Origin: an uncultured Anaerolineaceae bacterium
GTDB taxonomy: Bacteria; Chloroflexota; Limnocylindria; Limnocylindrales; CSP1-4
Assembly (NCBI GenBank): GCA_964626755.1
Contig: CAZVGO010000028.1
Coordinates: 28,702 to 92,701 of the forward strand
Length of the DNA stretch: 64,000 nucleotides
Direction of reading: 5' to 3'
Position numbers and translations under genes: made by a program
In this document: positions 19,246-28,901 of the stretch, in pieces
Position numbering within the stretch: the first letter of the stretch is position 1
How the letters are laid out: every line of letters begins with the position of its first letter
The notes under the pieces: model-generated
Seen by the model: only the letters and a program-made list of their open reading frames with translations
What the model was told of the DNA's origin: nothing
Database searches by the model: none

Positions 19246-20058
19246 ATGCTCCTCGCGATCGACATCGGGAACACGAACCTCACGATCGGGCTGTTCCGGG
19301 TAGGCCAGCTCGTCGCCAACCGCCGGGCGGCCACGGTGGCCCGTGCCACGAGCGACGAGCTCGAGGTCCTGCTCGAGGGCCTCCTCCGCCTCGACGACGC
19401 CTCGTTCGCGGACGTGAGCTCGGTCGCCTGCGCCTCGGTGGTGCCGCACCTGACCGACGGGATCGAGGCGATCGCGGCCCGGCGCGAGCGGCCGCTCGTT
19501 GTCGCCACGGTGGGCACGATCCCGCTGGCCGTCCGGGTCGACCGGCCGGAGCAGGTGGGCGCGGACCGGCTCGTCAACGCGCTCGCGGCGCAGCGCCTCC
19601 ACGGGACGCCGGCCGTCGTCGTCGACTTCGGGACCGCGACGACGCTCGATTGCGTCGCCGCGGACGGGGCGTACGTCGGAGGGGCGATTGCGCCCGGGCT
19701 CGAGCTGGGGCTCGAGGCCCTCGCCGCCCGAACTGCCAAGCTGCCGCGAATCGAGCTCCGTGCCCCCGACCGGGCGATCGGCCGCGACACCGTCTCGGCG
19801 ATGCAGTCGGGGACGGTCTTCGGCTACCAGGCGCTGGCATCCGGGCTGCTCGCCCGCGTCCGGCGTGAGCTGGCCGAGGCGAATGGGGTGGAGCCCGCGG
19901 ACGTCAAGGCGATCCTCACCGGCGGGCTCTCGGCCGCGCCGTGGGTCCGGGCGCTCGAGGGGATCGACGCGATCGACCCGGAGCTGACGCTGCGGGGCCT
20001 CGCGATCCTTCACGCCGAGGTCTCGGGCGGCCAGCGAATGGAGCTGGGCCTGGGATGA
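19246..20058 (+). CDS. coaX: Type III pantothenate kinase
   Basis: MLLAIDIGNTN, GADRLVNA and VVVDFGTATT motifs. Confidence 0.95.
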   Translation: MLLAIDIGNTNLTIGLFRVGQLVANRRAATVARATSDELEVLLEGLLRLDDASFADVSSVACASVVPHLTDGIEAIAARRERPLVVATVGTIPLAVRVDRPEQVGADRLVNALAAQRLHGTPAVVVDFGTATTLDCVAADGAYVGGAIAPGLELGLEALAARTAKLPRIELRAPDRAIGRDTVSAMQSGTVFGYQALASGLLARVRRELAEANGVEPADVKAILTGGLSAAPWVRALEGIDAIDPELTLRGLAILHAEVSGGQRMELGLG

Positions 20059-21392
20059 CCTCCGGAACGAGGAGGCTCGAGGGCCGGCTCATCGCTCTCG
20101 GCGTCACCGGCTCGATCGCCGCGTACAAGGCCGTCGAGCTGCTCCGGCTGCTCACCGCCGAGGGCGCCGACGTCGTCGTTCTCCTGACTCCCGCCGCGAC
20201 TCGCTTCGTCGGTCCGCTGACGTTCGAGACGCTCACCCGCCACCCGGTCGAGTCGGAGCTCATGGAGCTCCTGCCCGACGGCCGGATCGGGCACGTCGTC
20301 ATCGCCGACAGCGCGGACGCGATCGTGGTCGCGCCGGCCACGGCTCATTGGCTCGGGGCGATGGCCAACGGCCTCGCGGGCGACGTCGTGACGGCGGCCT
20401 GCCTCGCGACCGCGGCGCCAGTCGTCGTCGCCCCGGCGATGGACGGGGAGATGTACGCCCACCCGGCGACCCGGACGAACGTCGCACGGCTGCGCGATGA
20501 GTTCGGCTACTCCGTCGTCGAGCCGGACGCCGGACCGCTCGCCTCCGGGCAGACCGGCCTCGGCCGGCTCGCGGAGCTGCCGCGGATCGTCGACGCGGTC
20601 GTCAGCGCGCTTCGCGACCGGCCTGTCAGGGCGCCGGACGCCGCGGCGCGGCCCCCGCTCGTCGAGCCACCGCGCCAGGCGGACCTCGAGGGCCGGCACG
20701 TGGTCGTCACCGCCGGTGGCACCCGCGAGCCGATCGATCCGGTCCGCTTCATCGGCAACCGCTCGACCGGCAAGATGGGCGCGGCGATCGCCCAGGCCGC
20801 TCTCCAGCGCGGGGCGCGGGTGACGGTGGTCGCGGCGAACATCGAGGTGGCCCTCCCGGAGGGAGCAACGGTCACCCGGATCGAGACTGCCGCCCAGCTC
20901 CTCGCGGCGCTCCGCGAGCTCGTCCGCGACGGGATGGATGCGCTGGTCATGGCCGCCGCCGTCGCCGACTTCCGGCCGACCCGGGCGGCAGCCTCGAAGA
21001 TCGCCCGCGACGGCGCCCTCACCCTCGACCTCGAGCCGACCGAGGACGTCCTCGCAACGATCGCGTCGCTCGTTCCGGCCGCGGGCACTCGCGGCCGGCC
21101 CGTGCTCGTCGGGTTCGCGGCCGAGACCGGGTCTCTCGAGCGGGCGCCGGACAAGCTCCGTCGGAAGGGCATCGACCTGCTCGTCGCGAACGACGTCAGC
21201 GAGCCCGGCTCGGGCTTCGGGACCGACACGAACCGGGTGACGATCCTCTCGGCCCGGGGCGAGCCGGAGGAGCTGCCGCTGCTACCGAAGCGGGAGGTCG
21301 CGGACCGGCTGCTCGACCGCGTCGCCCGGGCGCTGGACGAGCGGGACGCCGCCCGGCAGACTGATCACGTGACCCAGGAGACCCGAGCATGA
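20055..21392 (+). CDS. coaBC: Phosphopantothenoylcysteine decarboxylase/ligase
   Basis: LGVTGSIAAYKA, APAMDGEMY and VTAGGTREPIDPVRFIGNRSTGKMG motifs. Confidence 0.96.
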   Translation: MTSGTRRLEGRLIALGVTGSIAAYKAVELLRLLTAEGADVVVLLTPAATRFVGPLTFETLTRHPVESELMELLPDGRIGHVVIADSADAIVVAPATAHWLGAMANGLAGDVVTAACLATAAPVVVAPAMDGEMYAHPATRTNVARLRDEFGYSVVEPDAGPLASGQTGLGRLAELPRIVDAVVSALRDRPVRAPDAAARPPLVEPPRQADLEGRHVVVTAGGTREPIDPVRFIGNRSTGKMGAAIAQAALQRGARVTVVAANIEVALPEGATVTRIETAAQLLAALRELVRDGMDALVMAAAVADFRPTRAAASKIARDGALTLDLEPTEDVLATIASLVPAAGTRGRPVLVGFAAETGSLERAPDKLRRKGIDLLVANDVSEPGSGFGTDTNRVTILSARGEPEELPLLPKREVADRLLDRVARALDERDAARQTDHVTQETRA

Positions 21393-22300
21393 GCACCGCA
21401 CCGGAGGCCGTTCGCCGCCTCACCGTCCTCGACATCGCCAGGCTGCACGCGGACGGCGCGCGGATCCCGATGCTGACCGCCTACGACTACCCCACGGCGA
21501 AGCTCCTCGACGAAGCGGGGATCCCGATGCTCCTCGTCGGCGATTCGGTCGGCCGGGTGATGCTCGGGTACGACTCCGAGGTCCGGGTCACGATGGCGGA
21601 GATGCTCCACCACACGAAGGCCGTGACCCGCGGGACTGCTCGGGCCCTCGTCGTCGCCGACATGCCGTTCCTCTCCTACACGAATCCCGACGACGCCCTG
21701 GCGAACGCCGGCCGCTTCCTCCGGGAGTCCGGCGCGCAGGCGGTCAAAGTCGAGGGCGGCGTGCGAACCGCCCGGGTCATCGAGGCGGTCGTCAAGGCGG
21801 GGATCCCGGTGATGGGCCATATCGGCCTCACGCCCCAGACGATCAGCACGATCGGCAAGGTCCGCGTCCAGGGCAAGACCCGGGAGCAGGCCCGGTCGCT
21901 CCTCGCCGACGCGCTCGCCGTGCAGGAGGCGGGCGCGTTCGCGATCGTGCTCGAGCTTGTCCCGGAGCAGCTGGCCGGGGCGATCACCGAGCGGCTCCGG
22001 ATCCCGACGATCGGGATCGGGGCAGGGCCCGCCACGAGCGGCCAGGTCCAGGTCGTGACGGACCTCCTCGGACTCGACACCTGGCATCCGAAGCACGCGC
22101 GCCCCTACGCGGACCTGCGTGGGGCGATCCTCCAGGCGGCCACGAGCTACGCCGCCGACGTCTCGGCCGGAACATTCCCCGGCCCCGAGCAGACGGTCCG
22201 GATGGACGAGGCGGTTCTCGAGGAAGTGCTCGGGCGGTCGGCGCTCGACAGGGGCGGCGCGCCGATCGCCGGCGGCATCCCGTTGGATCGGGACCTCTGA
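21389..22300 (+). CDS. panB: 3-methyl-2-oxobutanoate hydroxymethyltransferase
   Basis: MLTAYDY, LLVGDSVG, VKVEGG and MGHIGLTPQ motifs. Confidence 0.96.
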   Translation: MSTAPEAVRRLTVLDIARLHADGARIPMLTAYDYPTAKLLDEAGIPMLLVGDSVGRVMLGYDSEVRVTMAEMLHHTKAVTRGTARALVVADMPFLSYTNPDDALANAGRFLRESGAQAVKVEGGVRTARVIEAVVKAGIPVMGHIGLTPQTISTIGKVRVQGKTREQARSLLADALAVQEAGAFAIVLELVPEQLAGAITERLRIPTIGIGAGPATSGQVQVVTDLLGLDTWHPKHARPYADLRGAILQAATSYAADVSAGTFPGPEQTVRMDEAVLEEVLGRSALDRGGAPIAGGIPLDRDL

Positions 22301-23139
22301 CGAAGGTTCTTCGCACGCGAGCGGCGCTGCGGGAAGCGCTCGCCTCCGTCCCACGCCCGATCGGCCTCGTGCCCACGATGGGCTGGCTCCACGAGGGCCA
22401 CCGCGAGCTCATGCGCCGGGCCCGCTCGGAGAACCGGACGACGATCGTGACGATCTTCGTCAACCCCCGCCAGTTCACCGAGGCCGGCGACTACACGAAG
22501 TACCCGCGCGACGAGCCCCGCGACCTCGCGATTGCCGAATCGGAAGGCGTCGACCTCGTCTTCGCGCCGCCGGTTGAGGAAATCTTCCCGCCGGGGTTCG
22601 ATACGACCGTCTCCGTGGGAGCGGTGGGGCGGCCCCTCGAGGGCGCGGCCCGGCCGGGCCACTTCGACGGCGTCGCCACGGTCGTGGCGATCCTCTTCGA
22701 CCTCGTCGGGGCGGATCGCGCCTACTTCGGCCAGAAGGACGCCCAGCAGGTGATGGTCATCCGCCAGATGGCGCGCGACCTCGCCATCCCGACCGAGGTG
22801 ATCGCCTGCCCGACGGTCCGCGAGCCGGACGGCCTGGCACTGTCGTCCCGGAACGTCCACCTGACCCGGGCGCAGCGGGCCGCCGCGCCGGTCCTCCGCC
22901 GGGCGCTCCTCGCCGCACGGGGCCGCTGGGAGGCCGGCGAGCGATCGGCGGAGGCGCTGCGCGAGGCGATGCGCGCCACCCTTGCCACGGAGCCGCTGGC
23001 CACGCCCGAGTACGTCAGCGTGGCCGACGGTCAAACGCTCGCCGAGCTCGACCGGGTCGACGGGCCCGCGCTCCTGTCTCTCGCCGTCCGCTTCGGGACG
23101 ACGCGACTGATCGACAACGAGCCCCTCGACCGGGCCTGA
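22297..23139 (+). CDS. panC: Pantoate--beta-alanine ligase (apparent CTG start)
   Basis: VPTMGWLHEGH, RPGHFDGVATVV, FGQKDAQQ and REPDGLALSSRN motifs. The usual N-terminus (TKVLRTRAALREAL...IGL) is reached only from CTG at 22297, which overlaps the panB TGA. Confidence 0.93.
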   Translation: MTKVLRTRAALREALASVPRPIGLVPTMGWLHEGHRELMRRARSENRTTIVTIFVNPRQFTEAGDYTKYPRDEPRDLAIAESEGVDLVFAPPVEEIFPPGFDTTVSVGAVGRPLEGAARPGHFDGVATVVAILFDLVGADRAYFGQKDAQQVMVIRQMARDLAIPTEVIACPTVREPDGLALSSRNVHLTRAQRAAAPVLRRALLAARGRWEAGERSAEALREAMRATLATEPLATPEYVSVADGQTLAELDRVDGPALLSLAVRFGTTRLIDNEPLDRA

Positions 23140-23152
23140 GCGGCCGGGCGGA

Positions 23153-24334
23153 TCAGTTCGGTGGCCGGGCCGCGGCGAGGATCCGGTCGACGTCGAGGCA
23201 CTCCGCGACCAGGCCCTTGATCAGGTCGATCTTCTCGCGGTCGGCGGCATGGGTCTTGACGAGGAGGTCGTGGACCTCGGAGGCGACCGAGTACGTGTCC
23301 TCGGCGACCAGCGTTGTGAAGAGGTCCGCCTGGCGGATCGCCGCGAGGACCGCGGGGCGGGGACGGTAGCCGCCGGTCAGCACGAGGCCGATGGCGGCCC
23401 CCTCGTGGCCCTCGACCGAGGCCGTGCGCTCGTTCGTCGCCTCGGCCGCGATCGCGGCGATCCGCGCGGCCTCGGTCACGCTCCCGAGCCGGACGCGCGG
23501 CAGGAGGTGGGCGGTCGTGATCGTGAGGATGACGTCCTCCCGATCGCCCGGCACGATGACGAGCGTCCCAGGGCCGACCCGCTCGAGCATGTGGCCGGGC
23601 TCCATCGCTCCGATCGCCACCCCGTCGATCACCCGATCGAGGTCGGGGCCGGGGTGGATCGTCTCGCCGTGGACGCCGTCGAGGACCATGCCGAGCGTCG
23701 GGTTCGAGAGGAGTGGCTTCACCGGCAACACGCCGAGGAGGTCAACGCCATGACGGGCCAGTCCCCGCTCGAGGACCGCGGCAATCCCCGGCTGCGAGTC
23801 GAGGTCGACCTTGTTGACGATTGCGCCCGCGACCTCGACCCCGTGGCTCTTGAACAGCGCCGCGTTCAGGACGATCTCGTCGATCGGCCGGCCGACGCCG
23901 CCCTCGCTGATGATGATTGTCGGAGCACGGAGCATCGCGGCGACGGTGGCGTTCGAGAGGCCAATTACGGCCCCGACCCCGGCGTGACCGGTGCCCTCGA
24001 TCAGGACGATGTCGTGGTCGGCGAACGCGGCGTGGGCGGCGAGGATCCGGGCGGGCAGGTCCTCGACCACCTCACCGGCGATGTACGCCTTGGTGAAGCC
24101 GCGCGGAATGTGGACGGGACTCATCACGGGGTACGGCTCGGGCAGCCCGAAGACACCCTTCATGAGCACGGCGTCCTCGTCGGCCACGATCCCCTCGTCG
24201 ATGACGGTTCGCTGCCCGACCGGCTTCATGAACCCGGTGCGCAGACCACGGGCCAGGAACCCGTCGAGGAGCCCGAGGGCGGCGGTCGTCTTGCCGCGGT
24301 TCTGGCCGGTTGCAGCCAGGTACAGGTGCCGCAT
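23153..24334 (-). CDS. AAA_26/DRTGG domain protein (Pta N-terminal-like, no acetyltransferase domain)
   Basis: ATGQNRGKTT P-loop, GFMKPVGQ, LIEGTGH and the DRTGG-type VIVPGDRED segment. Confidence 0.85.
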   Translation of the reverse strand: MRHLYLAATGQNRGKTTAALGLLDGFLARGLRTGFMKPVGQRTVIDEGIVADEDAVLMKGVFGLPEPYPVMSPVHIPRGFTKAYIAGEVVEDLPARILAAHAAFADHDIVLIEGTGHAGVGAVIGLSNATVAAMLRAPTIIISEGGVGRPIDEIVLNAALFKSHGVEVAGAIVNKVDLDSQPGIAAVLERGLARHGVDLLGVLPVKPLLSNPTLGMVLDGVHGETIHPGPDLDRVIDGVAIGAMEPGHMLERVGPGTLVIVPGDREDVILTITTAHLLPRVRLGSVTEAARIAAIAAEATNERTASVEGHEGAAIGLVLTGGYRPRPAVLAAIRQADLFTTLVAEDTYSVASEVHDLLVKTHAADREKIDLIKGLVAECLDVDRILAAARPPN

Positions 24335-24351
24335 CGCCGCAGTTTGCGGCG

Positions 24352-24957
24352 TCAGCCGCGTGTCGTGGTCTTCCGCTCGACCAGCTGGAGAGCGTCCCGG
24401 AGCCGGTTGACCGTCTCGCTGTCGACCGCGTCCGGCTCGAGGTAGGGGCCAAGCCGTTCCATGACGTCCGCGACCAGCCCCAGGAACACGCCCGCGTCGG
24501 CGACAAAGAACTGCGGCTCGTTGTTGTAGCGGACGAGCGTCAGCCGACCCTGGAGGACCCGCCGCTCCTCGACGTGGGCGATCTGGGTCGCGAAGTTGTG
24601 GCCCTGGATGCCGTCCGGGTTGTTCAGGAAGTTCAGGGCGTTGTCGATCGCCAGCCCGAACCGGGCCCGCCAGGCGACGAGGCGCTCGTGGACCTCGGAG
24701 GCGATCCGCACCTCGGCGACCTCGTCGAACACCTCGGGCGCGACCGTCAGGAGCCCCACGAGGGTCGTCCCGGCCCGGGGACCGAGCATGACCTGGAGGC
24801 TCCGCTCGAGGGTGAATACCTCCGAGTCGAACCGGGGGCTCGTGATGACGTCGGTCAGGAGGTCCTCGACGTTGTCCAGGATGCCCGGCTCGGCCACCGA
24901 GTTGGCGAGGTGGACGATCTCTTCCTTGAACAGGAATTTCTCTTCGTGATCGAGCAT
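24352..24957 (-). CDS. Hypothetical protein
   Basis: 201-aa acidic ORF with typical codon usage and a TACCAT -10-like hexamer 7 nt upstream. No family was recognised. Confidence 0.7.
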   Translation of the reverse strand: MLDHEEKFLFKEEIVHLANSVAEPGILDNVEDLLTDVITSPRFDSEVFTLERSLQVMLGPRAGTTLVGLLTVAPEVFDEVAEVRIASEVHERLVAWRARFGLAIDNALNFLNNPDGIQGHNFATQIAHVEERRVLQGRLTLVRYNNEPQFFVADAGVFLGLVADVMERLGPYLEPDAVDSETVNRLRDALQLVERKTTTRG

Positions 24958-25034
24958 GGCGGCGATGGTAGCACCCGGTCTTTCCGGGGCCGCCCGGGTG
25001 GTGTTCCGGCGCACCGAATCCGCCCCCGGAGGCC

Positions 25035-25195
25035 TTGTCTGACAGTCAACAAATCGGCCCTCAACCGACCGCCCTGCCCCAGTTCCGGGCGTCGCCGTGA
25101 CTCCGAGTCAACGATTTGGCGGCTCATCGGTCGCTCAGCCGGCCTCCGAGGCCTCCCCTCCCCGCCAGAGGCCTGGTTTGTTGACTCAGAGACAA
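25035..25195. repeat. ~160-bp three-site inverted-repeat element, copy A
   Basis: TTGTCTGACAGTCAA-CAAATCGG (25035), GTGACTCCGAGTCAA (25097) and GGTTTG-TTGACTCAGAGACAA (25181). Confidence 0.85.
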
Positions 25196-25226
25196 CGGCG
25201 TGGCCCTGCCGCGAGCCCGAGGCGAC

Positions 25227-26492
25227 CTACGGGTACAGGCCTCGCATCGACGTGGCGTCGGCCACCCGCTGGACCGCCAGCAGGTATGCCGCCGTGCGCA
25301 TGTCGCACTCCTCGCGCTCGGCGATCGCCAGGGTCTCCGCGAAGGACCGGGTCATGATGCCGCGCAGCTTCTCATTGACGACCGCTTCGCTCCAGTGGTC
25401 CCGGTTGAGGTCCTGGACCCACTCGAAGTAGCTGACGGTCACGCCGCCGGCGTTGCACAGGATGTCCGGGATCATGAATACGCCCCGCCGGGCGAGCTCC
25501 ACGTCGGCCTCCGGGGTCGTGGGGCCGTTCGCCGCCTCGGCCAGGATCTTCGCCTTGATGTTGGCGGCGTTGCGGCTCGTGATCTGGTTCTCGAGGGCGG
25601 CCGGGATGAGGATCTCGCAGTCGACCTCGAGCAGCTCCATGTTCGAGACGTCCTTCGAGCCGGGGAGGCCCTGGACCGTGCCGTGCTCCTTCTTCCAGTT
25701 GATGATCCTCGCCACGTCGAGGCCGGCCGCGTTGTGGATCCCGCCGGTCGAGTCGGACACCGCGACGACCGTGGCCCCCTCGTCGGCGATCAGCCGGGCG
25801 GCGATCGAGCCGGCGTTGCCGAAGCCCTGGACCGCCACCCGCGCCTTCTTCAGGTCCATGCCCAGGTGGCGGACGGCCTCGATGATGCAGAAGACCGTGC
25901 CCCGTGCCGTCGCCTCGTTCCGGCCCTCGGAGCCGCCCAGGCTGATCGGCTTGCCGGTCACGACTCCGGGCACCGTGTAGCCTTGGTGCATCGAGTACGT
26001 GTCCATCATCCAGGCCATGACCTGGGCGTTCGTATTGACGTCCGGGGCCGGGATGTCCCGCTCGGGGCCGATGAGGACCTCGATCTCGGTCGTGAACCGG
26101 CGGGTCAGGGCCTCGAGCTCCTTGATCGAGAGCTTCTTCGGGTCGACGATCACCCCGCCCTTGCCGCCGCCGTACGGGATCCCAACGACCGCGCACTTCC
26201 AGGTCATCCACATCGCGAGGGCCTTGACCTCGTCGAGGCTGACGTCCTGGTGGTAGCGGATGCCGCCCTTCGCCGGGCCCCGGCCCAGGTTGTGTTGAAC
26301 CCGGTAGCCGGTGAAGACCTGGACGCTCCCGTCGTCCATCTTCACGGGGAAGTGGACGGTGAGCTCGCGGCGCGGCTGGCGGAGGACCCGCCGCAGGCCC
26401 GGGTCGAGGTTGAGCTTGCCGGCGGCAAGATCGAACTGCCGCTGCGCGATCTCCCACGGGTTGATGTGCGCCGCGACTTGCTCGGTCGTCAT
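25227..26492 (-). CDS. gdhA: Glu/Leu/Phe/Val dehydrogenase (glutamate dehydrogenase-like)
   Basis: GPAKGGIRYH, PYGGGKGG, DIPAPDVNT, VQGFGNAG and NAGGVTVSYFEW motifs. Confidence 0.93.
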   Translation of the reverse strand: MTTEQVAAHINPWEIAQRQFDLAAGKLNLDPGLRRVLRQPRRELTVHFPVKMDDGSVQVFTGYRVQHNLGRGPAKGGIRYHQDVSLDEVKALAMWMTWKCAVVGIPYGGGKGGVIVDPKKLSIKELEALTRRFTTEIEVLIGPERDIPAPDVNTNAQVMAWMMDTYSMHQGYTVPGVVTGKPISLGGSEGRNEATARGTVFCIIEAVRHLGMDLKKARVAVQGFGNAGSIAARLIADEGATVVAVSDSTGGIHNAAGLDVARIINWKKEHGTVQGLPGSKDVSNMELLEVDCEILIPAALENQITSRNAANIKAKILAEAANGPTTPEADVELARRGVFMIPDILCNAGGVTVSYFEWVQDLNRDHWSEAVVNEKLRGIMTRSFAETLAIAEREECDMRTAAYLLAVQRVADATSMRGLYP

Positions 26493-26660
26493 GACCTCGA
26501 GGACCTCCGTCTGTGGCGGCGTCCGGCCGCCTCGGTTTCGGGCGCGCTGGGCGCCGGGATTTGGACCGAGTATAGCCCCGGGAGAGGCCTCGGACGACTC
26601 CCCGATGGTCCCGTCGCGCAACCTCACCGCAACCGGACCGCAACTTTCGCGTGCGGCGGA

Positions 26661-27512
26661 CTACCGGGCGTAGAGGACGACGGCGCCGAGGCAGCTCGGC
26701 CCGATGTGCGGCCCGACCGAAGCCCCGACCGGCTGGACGGAGACCTGGCTCCGGTCGAGCCTCGAGCCGGCCCGGGCTACGACCTCGTCGCGGAACGTAT
26801 CGGCGTCCGCCGGCGGCGTGAAGAGGACCGCGAGCCGCTCGATCGGCCGCTGGACGAGGAGCTCGATCGTCCGCTCGCGGGCTTTGCCCCGCGTCCGGGG
26901 CTTGTCCGCCGTCTCCACGACCCCGTCCCGGATCGTGATGATCGGCTTGACCGAGAGGAGCGTCCCGATCGCCGCCCGGGCGCCGCTGATCCGGCCGCCC
27001 TTCTTGAGGTACTCGAGCGTGTCGAGCGCGACGTACAGGTCGAGGTCCTTCTTCCGGTCTTCGAGGACGCGGGCGATGTCGGCCGCCGAAGCACCACTCG
27101 CAGCCATCTCCGCGCCGATCTGGGCGAGGATCCCCTCCCCCATCGACGCGCTGCCCGAGTCGACGATGTGGACCTCCCGGTTCGGGAGCATCCCTTTCGC
27201 GATCTCGGCACTCTTTATCGTGGCCGACAGGCTCCCCGCGACGTGGATCGACACGATCGCCTCGGCCCCGTCCGCGAATGCCTTGTCGTAGACCGCCTTG
27301 AACTCGCCGGGCGCGGACGCGGCCGTGGTCGGGAACGGGGCGTCCGGCGCGGTCATCCGGCGCCAGAACTCGTCGGTCGAAAGGTCGACCCCCGCCTTGA
27401 AGGTCTGCTGCCCGAAGTTGACGATCAGCGGGACGACCGCGATGCCTGCCGCGGCGGCTGCTGACGGCGGCAGGTCCGACGCTGAATCGGTGACGATCGC
27501 GACGCGGCTCAC
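26661..27512 (-). CDS. degV: DegV family fatty-acid-binding protein
   Basis: VAIVTDSASDL, PTTAASAPG and YLKKGGRI motifs. Confidence 0.92.
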   Translation of the reverse strand: MSRVAIVTDSASDLPPSAAAAAGIAVVPLIVNFGQQTFKAGVDLSTDEFWRRMTAPDAPFPTTAASAPGEFKAVYDKAFADGAEAIVSIHVAGSLSATIKSAEIAKGMLPNREVHIVDSGSASMGEGILAQIGAEMAASGASAADIARVLEDRKKDLDLYVALDTLEYLKKGGRISGARAAIGTLLSVKPIITIRDGVVETADKPRTRGKARERTIELLVQRPIERLAVLFTPPADADTFRDEVVARAGSRLDRSQVSVQPVGASVGPHIGPSCLGAVVLYAR

Positions 27513-27581
27513 GTGGCTCCTCCTCCAACGCGCTGCCCACCCCCGGTTCGGGCGATCATACGGGGCTGATGCGAGGCCCCG

Positions 27582-28862
27582 TCAGGTCGCCGGCGCGCCC
27601 GGAGCTACGCCCACCTCGTACTCGACCGAGCGCAGCCGCGACAGGGGCAGGATCGCGATCGCAAGGAGGCCAAGCGTCGCGATGAGGATTCCGTCGATCC
27701 CGAACGGGCCGGCAGCGGCTCCGCCGAGGAACGCTCCGCCGATCTGGCCGAGGGCGAGGAAGACCGAATAGAGACCCATGATCGCGCCGCGGTCGGCCGG
27801 GTAGGCCTCGCTCACGTCGGCCAGGAGGCCCAGGGCGGCCGGCGTGGCCCCGGCGAGGACAAACAGGCCGCCGGCCGCTGCGAGTCCGAAGGCGAGCAGG
27901 TAGAGGTCGGGTTGGCCGCGGCTGTGATTGATCACGACCGCCGACCCGACGGTCACGGCGCCGCCGAGGATTCCGTACAGGATGATCGTCGTCCGGCGCA
28001 TGTTCTTGAACCGGTCGCCCCAGTACCAGAGCCCGGCGAAGAACACGACCAATCCGACGGCGGCCCCGAGCGCGATCTGGGCACCCTGGAACTGGCCCAT
28101 CAGGAGCTGGTCGGCGAATCGCGGATCCGGCTGCCTGATGAGCTGGAAGATCGACTGGCTCGTCCACAGCCCGAGGGCCGCGTTGATCGCGATCCAGGTC
28201 GGGGCGAGCAGCCAGACGTGGGAGCTCGTCAGGAGGGCGAGATACCGCCGCCACCCGAAGTGCGGCGCATCGAGCGTCGCCTTCTCACCGGCCGGGGTCG
28301 CGACGCCAACCCGGTAGATGAGGAACGACACCCCGTAGATCACGGCGTTGAGGAGGAACGCGTCGCGGCCCATGCCGGACCACACTCCCGGGATGCCGTC
28401 GTACAAAAGGCCGGCGAGAACGAAGCCCACCCCGAGGCCGGCGAGTGTCGCTCCCTCGAAACGGGCCGACATTCGTCCACGGAGCAGCTCGTTGCCCGCC
28501 GTCGCCATCGCGATGAAGCCGAGGATCGACGGGACGGAGGCCGCTGTCGACGCGCCCTCGAGCCAGCGGGTCGCGCCGATCACGAAGATGTCCGTCGACG
28601 CCCAGGTCATGACGACCGCGATGACGCCGAAGATCGGCCCGACCTGCATGATCCGGTGGTGGCCGAACCGGTCGGACAGCAGACCGAACGGGGTTGACAG
28701 GACGAGCTCAGCGGCGAAGAACGTCGCGGTGAGCAGCGCGAGCGTCAGCTCGTTGGTATTGAGGACGCGGTCCGCGTAGAAGACGAGCAGCCCGCCGGTC
28801 AACCCGGTGCTGAGGCGCAGCGTGAACGTGCCGAAGAGCACGGCATACAGCGAGCGGGTCAC
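27582..28862 (-). CDS. MFS transporter
   Basis: About 12 TM segments and the motif-A-like FGLLSDRFGHHR. Confidence 0.88.
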   Translation of the reverse strand: MTRSLYAVLFGTFTLRLSTGLTGGLLVFYADRVLNTNELTLALLTATFFAAELVLSTPFGLLSDRFGHHRIMQVGPIFGVIAVVMTWASTDIFVIGATRWLEGASTAASVPSILGFIAMATAGNELLRGRMSARFEGATLAGLGVGFVLAGLLYDGIPGVWSGMGRDAFLLNAVIYGVSFLIYRVGVATPAGEKATLDAPHFGWRRYLALLTSSHVWLLAPTWIAINAALGLWTSQSIFQLIRQPDPRFADQLLMGQFQGAQIALGAAVGLVVFFAGLWYWGDRFKNMRRTTIILYGILGGAVTVGSAVVINHSRGQPDLYLLAFGLAAAGGLFVLAGATPAALGLLADVSEAYPADRGAIMGLYSVFLALGQIGGAFLGGAAAGPFGIDGILIATLGLLAIAILPLSRLRSVEYEVGVAPGAPAT

Positions 28863-28901
28863 ACTGAAAGCGTAGCGGGCCTGCCCGCCTAGAATGCGGC
28901 G

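Noticed and set aside
26618-26646. GCAAC x3 at 11-bp spacing, sharing CCGGACCGCAA with repeat family 2
   Set aside because: No inverted partner was found in this intergenic region and the match is too short to assign. It is worth re-testing with a PWM.
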